Part shown: piece by piece, positions 11,869 through 23,136 of the stretch | How positions within the stretch are numbered: the first letter of the stretch is position 1 | How the letters are laid out: each line of letters starts with the position of its first letter | NCBI RefSeq assembly: GCF_037042905.1 | Contig: NC_087245.1 | Location: forward strand, 15,564,001-15,628,000 | From: Lytechinus pictus | Lineage: Eukaryota | DNA: 64,000 nt | Direction: 5' to 3' | The notes under the pieces: model-generated | Databases searched by the model: none | Told to the model about the DNA's origin: nothing | The model's input: only the letters and a program-made list of their open reading frames with translations | Position numbers and translations under genes: made by a program

Positions 11869-14800
11869 CTATGAAAGGATGGACCAATTCTTGTTCAAGA
11901 AGATGAGTGGCCCAGCAGTGTCCACATCCAGAAGGGCCCTTTTCATATCCATCTTGGATGATCCTGTTATGATGTCACTCCAGGACTGGACAACAGCAGG
12001 TACGGCAAGATAACATCGTGCAATCTTCGACAGCTCAGGAAATTTACCCTGGTTCATTCTCCACCAGTCCAATGGGCACATGTCTCTTGAAAGGGGTGGA
12101 TAGGACAGGTAAGTTGTGACCTCTGCATCGGTAGTCTCTGGCTTGCTGTTGAACTCGTCTTCACCGAACAGACACAAGAACGGCGAGACACTGTTGGTAG
12201 CAGAGTCCTCAGAGTCATGATTTGCAGTGGCATGATTTGCCACTACCAGCTGCTTGAGTGCATCGATGACATCCAATTTATCATCATCTGCAATGAACTT
12301 GAGTTGCTTAAAACGTGGGTCTAGGAGTGCCGAAAGCATTGTGACTGAAGAAGGCATGATGGCATTTAAATCCCATTTCTCCCGAACCTGTAATGAAGTG
12401 CAATAATTAAAAGACATATCATAGTCACATCCTCCCTACATGTACATGTACATTAGCAATGAATTTTTAGATCCATATTTAAAGCTTTGTTTCAGCAGGA
12501 GACCTTACATTGTTTCGATCCTGTGTGAATCTGTGAAAATAACTCATACACTTAATAAAGCAAATATATTGGTGTACTGATTTTTTTCTTTTGACTAAGT
12601 CAACATTCACCGGTGTGTTGGCTCAGTTGGTAGAGCGTTCGTCTCACAACCGGGAGGTCGGGGGTTCAAACCCCGGCTGCGTCAGCCAAAAGACGTTAAA
12701 AGATGGCAGTTGCTGCTACCCTGATTGGCGTTCAACGATTAAAGGGATAGAGCCTCGTCGATCTGGCGCTGCACAGCGGCTGCCGGGCCCACGATCAATT
12801 GGGCAAAGCAAATTTTCAGAGTATTTCATTTCATGTCTATTTCGAAAAATAAATTATGGATTTCGGATTTTTTTGGATTTTACTCATGAGTTCTAATTTT
12901 CACAATCCCTGTGTTGTTTTCATGAGTAGTAAAATCAAATAAGGGACAAATTATTCATATTTGATGCATAGAGCCAAGGAAAATAAAACCAACGCAAAAA
13001 ATCTCTGCTTCCACAGTAAAGTCAACAAAGGAATGGGGGGGGGGGGGTGCCTTGGTGGAGTCCATAAATTATGAAATTTCTTTATTTAATCATTACAATA
13101 TCAAATATCACATCATTGGTTCATTTTCCCCCATGGAAATCAACTTCAAAATTTTTGCACAATCATGAGACATTTCCCTTAATAGCTTCTCATTAACAGG
13201 CAAATAACATATTGCTTTTCACAATGATTAAATAAAAAAAAAGAATTTTGCTTTGTTTTATTACTGAAGATGGTCATTTGAACAATGATTTGAATATACC
13301 TCCTTGGCAATTACTGTGAGAAATTCAGAAAGCATGGAGCCATCATCTTCTCGACCCTCGCAATGCTGCAGCATGCTGTGAACCACGGGCAAGACACAGG
13401 CAACGGAACCACTCTTCTGATCACCCAAGACTGTCAAGGCTGCCTTCAAGATTTGGAGCGAATGGACCAACTGAGCGACACCCTCCCAATCATGGAGGTA
13501 CATCAGCTGGTTCTTCTCATCCTGGGCTTTCACAGATTCAATCTCGTCTTGTAAAGCAAGGACCTAGAATGAGAAGAAAAATATGAATAAATAATTATGT
13601 CAGACTACGATGAGAATCGATGGTCCTGTAATTTGTACCAGTAAGCCTAATCAAATGTTCTTAAGATCTGAATGGTTGGGTCCAACCAACTTGGTTCAAT
13701 CTTCAAAAATCTTCAAAACATTGAAATCATGGGACTCTACAAATGACAATCATTCAGGATTTCATCAACCTTGTGTACGGAGGATATCTCTGGCTATAAA
13801 TCATCCATCACTTGTGCAAACCATGGGGGAATACTGGGCTGTGAATAAATGTAGTTAAACCCTCCATAATTTAAAAATCTCCCAAGTCAATCTGCCATTC
13901 AAACCACACAACATGAAAAATGTATTCATTTATGAGTAAAAAACAAAATAATCTCTGTGGTCCAGACATATTTGAATTAGACAAAGTTACCAGAGTATCA
14001 AAGAAAGTATCTATTTAAAAGAAAGTTTATTCTATGTGTCTCACCTCCCCTTTTAAAAATTACCACTTTTAAAAATAATACATTCTTGGAATTCCTGAAG
14101 ATCCTATGATACTGATAGAAAGTATTTTCGGTTGATTACGCGCTATTAGTGTGTGTTTCAGAGAGTTAAATTGGTATCACAAGTTTAAACGATTGACAGA
14201 TCCAACATGAGAAAATTCTCACCTTCTGTAGCATATCTGCAATGCCCAACCATGATGACTTGTTGTAGTCTTGTAGCTCTATGTTCAGTTTGCTCTCTGC
14301 TTTTGCCTTATTCAGCTTCTCATTGGGATCCTCATTATGCAAGAAATAGTTGATCATCTTGGCTGCACCCTCCACTACTACCTTCACACTAGGCAACAGC
14401 AATGCCATCGAGACACAATGCTCCAGCTTCTCCGTTGCACAGCTCATGCTGTCACAGAGCAGAGCTTCCCCAACCTTGTTGATTTGTGTAACCTTGAGTA
14501 TCCCTTGCCGATTGACCACAGCGGTTATGCTCTCCAGGGAGAGTTGGTATTGACTGATCAAGTTACGGATGCACATGTTTATCTCTGTGGTGGAGGGCTT
14601 GGTGGATACCCTGTCTGTTCCCAGCACCCAAGACTCCCGATTCCACTGATGTGTCAGGTAGTGGATAGTGACAGTAAGGTAATTGTTCTTGTCATGACCA
14701 GTCCATATCTCGTACACGAGACCAAAGTTTTTGGCATCCTTGTTGAGGCAGATCTTCAGCTTCTCCTGGTAAGAGGAGTAAAAATATTCATATGAGCCTT

Positions 14801-17800
14801 TCTAAAAAATCTGACATCTTTGAACATAGATCTTTGTATTGTCCACAGTACAATAAAATGGAAATGACATACATGCAATGTTCAACCATGGACAGATAAA
14901 CATTGTTTTATTTGCAAATTTATTACAATCTCACTCTCTTTTGAACTGCTAACAAATAAGATGAGGATGAATGGTATTGCACACTTTAGTATCTGTTTTT
15001 AAAAAGCTCTGATAACGAGATATTTATAACCCACAAAATGTTGCTGTCTGTTTGGTAAAGGTTAAATGTGTGTTTAGCTATAGAGATTTGTCCACAAAAG
15101 AAAATATTTTTATTTTTTCTGCTTCGAGGTGATTTGATGAATTAACAACCCAAATACAGTTGAAGGCAATACCCGCATTTCTTCTTGGGCAATACATTAT
15201 ATTATAGTGTCATCAAGAAGACAAAATATGATCAGGCGAGTGAAATATATGAAGGCTGCCATCCCCACTAAAAATCACCAAGTCCAATTGAACAGTCTTC
15301 CATTAGACTCTATCATGGGGGCCTTTTCTGAGATAAAAGACAAGGTTTGAACATGATATCCTTGGATAGGATCCATTAAATTAAGACAAAACCATTAACA
15401 AAAGAATGCCTCATTAAATCATTTTTTTCCAAGACAATGCATGACTTACCTGTGCCTCTTCATATTTTCCCATCAACATTGACTGAGCTACCTTTTTGCC
15501 AAGCATGGGATAACCAGGTTCCATCTCTTGGATAAACCGGATGAACCCTTCGTCTTCAACCATGCTCACTGGTAGAAGGCTCTGAGCCAGGAGCATCACA
15601 ACATGCGAGTGGATAAATTTGGATCTCTCTGGGCCACAGGTAATTTTCGCTATGGTGCCGGATGCTGAGGTGGACGGCATTGCTACATTGTGCCCACGTG
15701 AAGAGCTCTTGCTTGATGGGGATCCACCTACACGGAATGTTGGACCAGACTTGATTGTTCGAACCCTTCTTCCTGTCTTCCATTCTCCCCCTTCTTTGTA
15801 AACTCTTGCAGATGGCCCACTAACCTTCATGACCAAGACAGTAAAAAACAAAATAATCTATTTTAGCTTTCATCAATTATGAACTTGAATTTCTCCATAA
15901 AACATGTGTCCGGATCTCATATTTTTCAACTAACTCTTTTATTTATTTTCCCTTTAACTGTAAGAATCATCAGTCAAATTCTATAAATGTTCCATTATAT
16001 ATTTTTTTCTAATCCTTATGTAAGTCAACTCAACAGTACATGATTATGACTTGAAGACAAAAATAATGAACAGAACATATTTCTTTTAAAGAATTGAATA
16101 TGTGTCAAGTTTCAAACCTCACCATCAGTCTGAAAATTCTATTTACTAATTATACATTTTGGATATCAGGTTAATTTGAGGAGTGGAGTTACAGAAGATT
16201 ACAAAGGACTTCATCACCAAATGTTTACATGTCATGACAGGTGTTTAAATATATTGTTGTAAAGATGCCCCTCTGAACAAGTGCAAAAAAATGGGTATCG
16301 TTTTCTAGTTGTGAACTTGTGATTATATTTATAAGCATGTGGCACAAATGATAAAAAAATTGATAAGGGAATTTTCTAGTTTAAACTTGTTTCAGGGGGG
16401 GGGGGGGGTATACAGTGTACTATAACTCGCCAATCAATATGCGAGCGTGCAGCGCTGGCTTATATTAACTTATACTTTTTGACAATCAGACCTGAAAAAG
16501 GGTATTTTGAAAACTTTATGGAATACAAGAAAATAGAAGTATCTGATAAATCAAAATTTGCGAGCGAGCAGAAAATATTAATATTCAGACAATAAAACTG
16601 ACATTTTTACAGAGCACTTTATAAAAATCAATTTGTAAATCACACAAAATAACGAAAGTTCGATTTCCGAGGTGAAATATGTTTTGTATATTGACTTCCA
16701 AACTTGATATTTAACAAGTTATGTAAATCACCTAACAGGCAATGCGAGCGCGAGCGAAACATTTTATATAGTGACATGAAAGATTCTTTTTATTTTCCAA
16801 ATCTTCCCCCCATTTTGATGTTATGTTATTCACTCGTCTTCCACCTCTTCTTTTTTGTCCTCTCTTTGACTCTTTTCCTTTTTTTGCGCGGCCAATAGGG
16901 GGGCCCGGGCCCCCTGGATCCGTCTATGTACATGAAACATGATACACCGTTACCCAAAAAGCTCTGGCTCGCGAAGTGGGCCGGAGCCCAGGAGTCGACC
17001 ATGCAAAACGAGGGAGACACGGTAGATTGGTGTCTCAATAGTAATCTAATCTTAATAAAATGTGGAAACAGAAATTATGCACTTACCACGATTATATAGA
17101 TGAAGGTCTATCGTGACACACAAATCCTGACATCGAGGAACAGACTGGAACCTCAAAAAACAAAATATAGTCTCGGTCTCGATCGGCCATTTTGTTTTGA
17201 ATTTTTGAAAGGAGAGGTTTCGCGACAGAACTTTTCTGTTTTTTTTAGGTTCCAGTCTGTGCCTCGATGTCAGGATTTGTGTGTCACGATAGACCTTCAT
17301 CCATATAATCGTGGTACTGGTAAGTGCATAATTTCTGTTTCCACATTTCATTAATTTAAGATTACTATTGACTTGTCTATTGAGACCCCAATCTACCCTA
17401 GTGTCTCCCTCATTTTGCAGTCGACTCCTGGAGCTCCCTGGCCTGGGTTAGATACACCGTTGCGTTGGCGCGTTCTAAAGTTGTAACTTGTGATTCTGTG
17501 CAATTGCAACATTGATCGACTATAAACATAACAGTTGTCAGTTAGTAAATCTAGCATAGTGAGTGATTGTATTACCGACCGGTCTTGTATTATCGAACGG
17601 GCGCATCGTACGCATCAGAAAATAATTTCATACGCTCAAAACTTTGCAACATCATCCAAAGGGAACTTGAAAAGAAAGATGATGAAAAATGGTCAAAAAT
17701 ACATTTTCAAAGTCTTAATATTCTAGAAATAATAAAAAATGGTCAAAATAGCTCATCAGTGATTTTGTTGTTTTCTCAAATTTTCCCATAGAAAACACAC

Positions 17801-19755
17801 GTTTGGTAATATACGATACCTTTTTCAAGTGACCAAAATATTTCACATGTGAAGAGGGGTCCGATTGCATTGGAAGCTAATATCATAAAAAAGAAAAACA
17901 ATTTTGGCAAAATATTTACATATTTATATTTTGTAGGTAATTGTGTACTTAAATTATGGTGAAAGTTTGGTGAATTTCATGAGAATAATATTAATAATGT
18001 GTTTGATATGAATTATGATTGAATTCATGAAAAGTGTTCGGTAACGATCCACTACCAAGTATGGCAGTGAGTCCAAACTTCGCGCGTGTCCATACTTCGC
18101 GGACGGTCATTATCTAAAAAACTAGCCAATATCCTTAAAATCTGACATCATCAACGTGAAAAGCGACCTAAAATTACCCTTTGGTGTAAGTTTCTTTAGG
18201 ATGAGTTCAGTATTCATGAAAATATTGGCAAAAGATCGGCAAATTTGTCACCGTTAGCGCCCGTTTTGAAGAAATCTGATATTCTCAACAAGCATCACGA
18301 TATCAGTATCACCATTTTGCAAGCAGAAATCATCAAAAATGTGAGTTAAATGTGGTACTAACCAATTCTATAGCATTTTGCCATCAATCTGATATAAATA
18401 TTTCACTTTTTGAGCTTGAGTTTTTGTTTAAATGTCCACCAAAACTTTGGTACGCGAAGTTAGGTCACACTTTTTCTGAACGTTTTCCAACACAGCGCGC
18501 ATTCGCCGATCGGAATAGAATTTTGAGATCGCGATACCGGCGAATTCCCTTGACCTACTTTACATTTTCGTCCATGATTTTATAGTTTACGATCTTGCCG
18601 TCAATGTGGTTACTATTTCTTGAATTGGTTTTGTATGATTTATGAATATTTTGTGAAAAAATTTAAACCTGATGAATATTTTTGAAAAGTGCGCGAAGTT
18701 TGGACACCCCATCATACCATGCATACGGTAGGATGGGGAGTCGGGTGTCCAGACAGTTTATAATTATATATTCTTGAGGCCTTCTTTTTTGTCTTTGGAT
18801 TGCACTAAAAATATGAATTCGATAGTTGTAATCATCTTAATATTTAGTTCTCTATAATATTTCCTAACATTTTGTAATAAAAATTGATGAAACTTCACTT
18901 GTATTTGTAAATTTTTCCAAATGACGTTCTAAGACTAAGTTAAATTGATCGTCCGGACACACATTTGACACAACCTGTCCGGACACACAACAACTGGGTA
19001 TACGGTACATCTATATTATTGTGACCAAGTGATTGCAAACTATCACTTAGCTTATGAAATTGTGAAAGCCACTAGCTTAGGGCCTAGCCCTAGGCTAAGT
19101 TAAATAACACGAGAGGACAGCAGCAGGGATTTGCTCCCAGCTTGCTCCCGTCCGCTCGGGCGCCACGCCATCGGCACCGGCGGGGCCCGAGCTGAGCGTG
19201 AGCCCTAGGCCTAGGAAAAAGGCGAGAAATCTGTTGAGGCCGAGACTCGACTTAACTCGATCCGACACGGCGACAGCTAAACGTTACTCGTTAGCTGCGC
19301 ACACGATTACAATTGCATGCGGTGGACATCTTAAATTCGTCACCCAGAATACGTCATGCATCTCAAAATACGACTTTTCACTCACCAAACACACTGAAAA
19401 GCACTCTAGAATATTTTCAAAACTCGACTTGATTTACAAAGTCTGATCTAATCGTAACCGATATGAATTACCGATTTAGAATTCACATGTCGATCGTGTC
19501 GCGATAGGACGACTACACGCGATATAATACACATCAAGCACGTACCTCGAATTCTTGCATTTGATGGGACGCAGTCAGATGATAACGCAAGTTTGTAGTG
19601 CCGCCTGTGTACTTCATTGTTTTGTTGCAAATATTACATCGAGCAACTTTCGCATCTATATCGCAGGTAATATACTGCCAGACCTGAGACCTGGTTGGGG
19701 TGTTTCTTTTCCCCGGTGTCTTCGGCATAATCGTGGAGATTTTAGTCTCTTCCAT
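11869..19755 (-). CDS. ZBED1/DREF-like BED zinc finger protein derived from a hAT transposase (5 exons, about 636 aa), probably domesticated and catalytically inactive
   Basis: Exons 19546-19755 (BED finger VWQY..CNIC..GGTTNLRYHLTASH), 15450-15824, 14223-14765, 13300-13563, 11869-12387 (LSALLDPRFK; PLDWWRMNQGKFPELSKIARCYLAVPA, the hAT C-terminal dimerisation domain). All four introns are GT..AG and phase 0, and the joined frame is open. The exon 2 acceptor (AAG at 15825) is the least certain boundary. Confidence 0.88.
12609..12880 (+). mobile_element. tRNA-derived SINE with a Meta-domain-like core, in intron 4 of the ZBED-like gene
   Basis: A box TGGCTCAGTTGG, B box GGTTCAAACCC, then CCAAAAGACGTTAAAAGATGGCAGTTGCTGCTACCCTGATTGGCGTTCAACGATTAAAGGG and a (GGATTT) repeat tail. 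The acceptor stem does not pair. Confidence 0.78.
16950..17450. mobile_element. Foldback (near-fully palindromic) non-autonomous DNA transposon
   Basis: Inverted arms of about 200 bp around an approximately 70-bp spacer; direct repeat GATACACCGTT at 16941 and 17451 (9-11 bp TSD). Confidence 0.85.
18060..18716. mobile_element. TIR MITE, family shared with 54295-54912
   Basis: GTCCAAACTTCGCGC / GCGCGAAGTTTGGAC inverted ends; collinear similarity to the copy near 54.3-54.9 kb. Confidence 0.7.
18724..19008. mobile_element. Small MITE with TGTCCGGACA motifs; a related inverted copy ends near 42801
   Basis: TACGGTAGGATGGGGAGTCGGGTGTCCAGACA resembles the reverse complement of 42770-42801. Confidence 0.45.
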
Positions 19756-20561
19756 CTTAAAACTTTAGTGAAATTTGTTCGGTCAAAAATATCGATCAAA
19801 TTTTCGATGTGTCGGCTTCCCGCTTGCTCACGATCTGATATCGGAGATATACGTACGTGCATGACGTATGATCGAGAGGAGCAGTCTAGTCTATATAAAC
19901 GACGTAAATACAATTACATGCAGCGCGCGCAACCGGATCAAAGTTCATCGAGGCCAAGGAATTTAACGAAAATTCGTATTTACATATGTCTATTAATATA
20001 TAAATTCATTTGAATAAAAATGTTCGGAAATTAAATATTTCTCAAGACAAAAATGGGAATTATTCAATTTACACGATAACACAAAGTTCTTTCTTATTCA
20101 ATTTCAGACTGGCACAAAGTCTAGGGATGTCTGCAAATTGAAGGATATAAAAGGGGCCGCCTGTTTTTTTTTTTAAATAAAGGCTTGTATAACAAATGCA
20201 ATATTTCTGCACAAATTTATCATTTAAATCAAATGTCTTAAGTATATAGGTTTAAAATATTATTGCAAATATGTCATAACAAGTTGATGTGTTAAGTATT
20301 CTATATCTTGACCCGGGGAAATACCCCCCCCCCCCCATCATGTCAACAATAAAGGCTGTCGATCTACCCCTTTTTCCGGATTTAGGGAATTTCAGTATGG
20401 GCTTTTTCACTGAACGAAATCCAAACAATAGCAAGCCAAGTAGACTTCTTATAGGCCTGTATATAGGCATATATATGCATATATATAGCCATTCTCTCTC
20501 TAGGCCGGCCTCCTATCATATAGCTATGATCATTATCATCATATCATTGCTATTATTCAAT

Positions 20562-21240
20562 TTAAAGGAGTAATCCGGGCTGAAAATAATTATATCTAAA
20601 TAGAGTAAAATTAAGTGAGCAAAATGCTGGATCGAAATTTCATCAAAATCTGATGATAAAGTTATTGCATTTTAAAGTCAAGCAATATTTTGCAAACTGA
20701 ACAGTTATCATGTCGTCATGAATATTCTGATGTGACATCATTTCCTTTTTCTTATTTTATTACATGAAATCATAATCATGTCACATTTTTTATATGTGAA
20801 TACAATGAATACCTTATATATGCATTGAATCAGTTGGAAATCCATATTTTTAGTTCTTGGAAGATTTTAATCAATAATTTTATGTAATAAAATACAAAAG
20901 AATGGGGATATGACATCAGATTCCTCATTGAATATTCATGAAGACACATCATGCATAGAACTAGAAAGCGTTTCATCAATGTTTTTGTCTGACAAGTTGT
21001 CAGGTCTGACAACTTTCCGTGATTATGATTGGTTGAGAGTCGCCGTTACCATAGTAACTGTCAGATAAAACAGTACTTGTCAGATAAAACATCTAACAAG
21101 TCCTTCCTTGAAACGGTCCCCAGATTCACCAAAATAATGCAAATCCAAATCTTTTCACTTTTTTATTCTGATTGTGATTGAAAATTCAGTTTTGTCTAAT
21201 TTTCCTGTAACTTCAAGTAATATTACTTTCAGCCTAGGGT
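20562..21240. mobile_element. Kolobok-type MITE with a small Harbinger-like palindromic MITE inserted at about 20967-21122
   Basis: TTAAAGGAGTAATCCGGGCTGAAA start and degenerate TTTCAGCCTAGGG end. The inner CTGACAA/TTGTCAG element resembles 1491-1652. Confidence 0.55.
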
Positions 21241-21320
21241 AACAAATTATCAATATTTTAATATTGTTATTTTGTTATCAGTTCCTTGAGAGTGTTAGCA
21301 AAATATGTCTACCCTTTTAA

Positions 21321-21899
21321 AGGACAAGTCCACCCCAACATAAAATTGATTGGAATAAAAAGAGAAAAATCCAACAAGCATAACACTGAATATTTCATCA
21401 AAATCGGATGTAAAATAAGAAAGTTATGACATTTTATAGTTTCACTTAATTTCACAAAACAGTTATATTCACATCCTTGTCGGTATGCAAATGAGGATAC
21501 TGATGACATCACTCACTCACTATTTCTTTTGTAGTTTATTATGTGAAATATGAAATATTCCAATTTTCTCCCTGTTGTCATGTGAAACAACGATTAATTC
21601 CTTCCTGAACATGTGCAATTAGCATTGTTTAATTCTATATGGTTCAATCAAGTTGGCCCTTATTGTCAAATCTGTAAAAAATGAAATATTGTATAATTCA
21701 AACAATAAAAAACTAAAGAAATAGTGAGGGACATCATCGACTGTTTCATTTGCATATCAGTTTTGTGAAAAATAAGCGAAACTTTTAATGTCATAAATTT
21801 CTTATTTTACGTCCGATTTTGATGAAATTTTCAGCATAATGCTTTTTTTATTTTTCTCTTTTTATTCAAATCAAAATTTTTCTGTGGTGGACTTGACCT
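21321..21899. mobile_element. Complete Kolobok/T2-type MITE
   Basis: TTAA|AGGACAAGTCCACC ... GGTGGACTTGACCT|TTAA, with imperfect TIRs longer than 120 bp. Confidence 0.85.
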
Positions 21900-22774
21900 T
21901 TAAGCAATATTTTCTTCCTTAGTGTACACATGAATGCAAAATGCAAACAAAAAAGTGCTTACATGTATTTTCACTTGATGTCTACCTTTGGCTTAACAGT
22001 TGCTCAATATGTGATTGCTTGTCAAGCAAATGCTATTTTTTGTTATGCATTCTGCAGATTTTCATGCATGCATGAAGTAAGTTTGAAGTTGGTCCCTTGA
22101 AAGTTTCTATGGTTACTACAAGAATATAACATTTTAGGTATACAGTGACATCTGTGAACTATGACCATGTCAGATTATTATCCTCCCAATTAGATGCATG
22201 ACATGACCCATGGGAGAATATTCTCGATACCGGGTATATATTTTTATGAGAGAATATATTGAATAATATCTTGAGAGATATAGTATGAAATATGACTAGT
22301 ACTACTCAATATCAAGATAATCTCTTCATGTCATTTCAGGAAGCCTGGACTACTATCAATTTCAAAGTACTTTCAATATTGATTGCAACTTTGCCGGGGT
22401 GAGGTAAAAAGGGATAGGATTAACCACACATAAATAAAAATCAAAGTATGGAAATGAAATTTTACCATTACCATGGATTCAATTTTTTATTACATTTTCA
22501 CATATAGATGATACATATATTTGATGGTAAATAATCTTTTGCCATCATCCTACTTATAATATTCTGCAGTACAATGAAGTTTACTATACGATTAGCATCA
22601 ATATTTACACATGTACACAATCCTATTTTGCCAGGCTATTTGCCACAACGATAACATGTTATACAACTCATTAGGCTGAGAATGCCTACAAATAAAAATT
22701 TAGTATTAACAATATATGAATGGAAATTATACTTGAATGGCACATTATGTGAAAGAGATGTTGCAAAACCTTAA

Positions 22775-23136
22775 AGATAAATTCCAGTTGTGGGGACGAT
22801 GTCAAAATGACTTTTTACAGAATTTAATATAATGATCACCAAAGTGTCTGTTTGTATGAATAAAAAATATGTGCCAAAGGATTCTAGAAGAAAGTGTGTA
22901 ATTGCTGAGAAATAAGCAAAATAAGCGCGGATTCTGTCACTTCCGTCGGGTCTTTATTCCAGCAATAATGATACACTGTCCCACGTATGCCTATCTGTGT
23001 TGGCGATCTTCAGTGTGCTTGCTTTTTAGCTTAGATATTATTATTTATTATTTATTTATGTAACTGTACCAGATCTAGATCCACGATGATATAGTAATAC
23101 TTAACCTTGGTTTTACAGACTTTCTCACATTTAGCT
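22775..23136. mobile_element. Kolobok-type MITE (second family)
   Basis: TTAA|AGATAAAT ... ATTTAGCT|TTAA termini. Confidence 0.6.

Noticed and set aside
12609..12685. tRNA-Val(CAC)-like gene
   Set aside because: The acceptor stem does not pair and the sequence runs on into a SINE body and tail, so it is a tRNA-derived SINE head.
14337..14795. 152-aa plus-strand ORF, and similar antisense ORFs at 13363, 15619 and 19555
   Set aside because: Antisense shadows of the ZBED-like exons.
17052..17354. Two mirror-image ORFs (99 and 84 aa) with similar peptides
   Set aside because: Artefact of the foldback palindrome; no recognisable protein motif.
11869..19755. Interpretation of the ZBED-like gene as an active autonomous hAT transposon
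   Set aside because: The catalytic motifs appear substituted, no flanking TIR or 8-bp TSD was seen, and the long introns are colonised by other elements.
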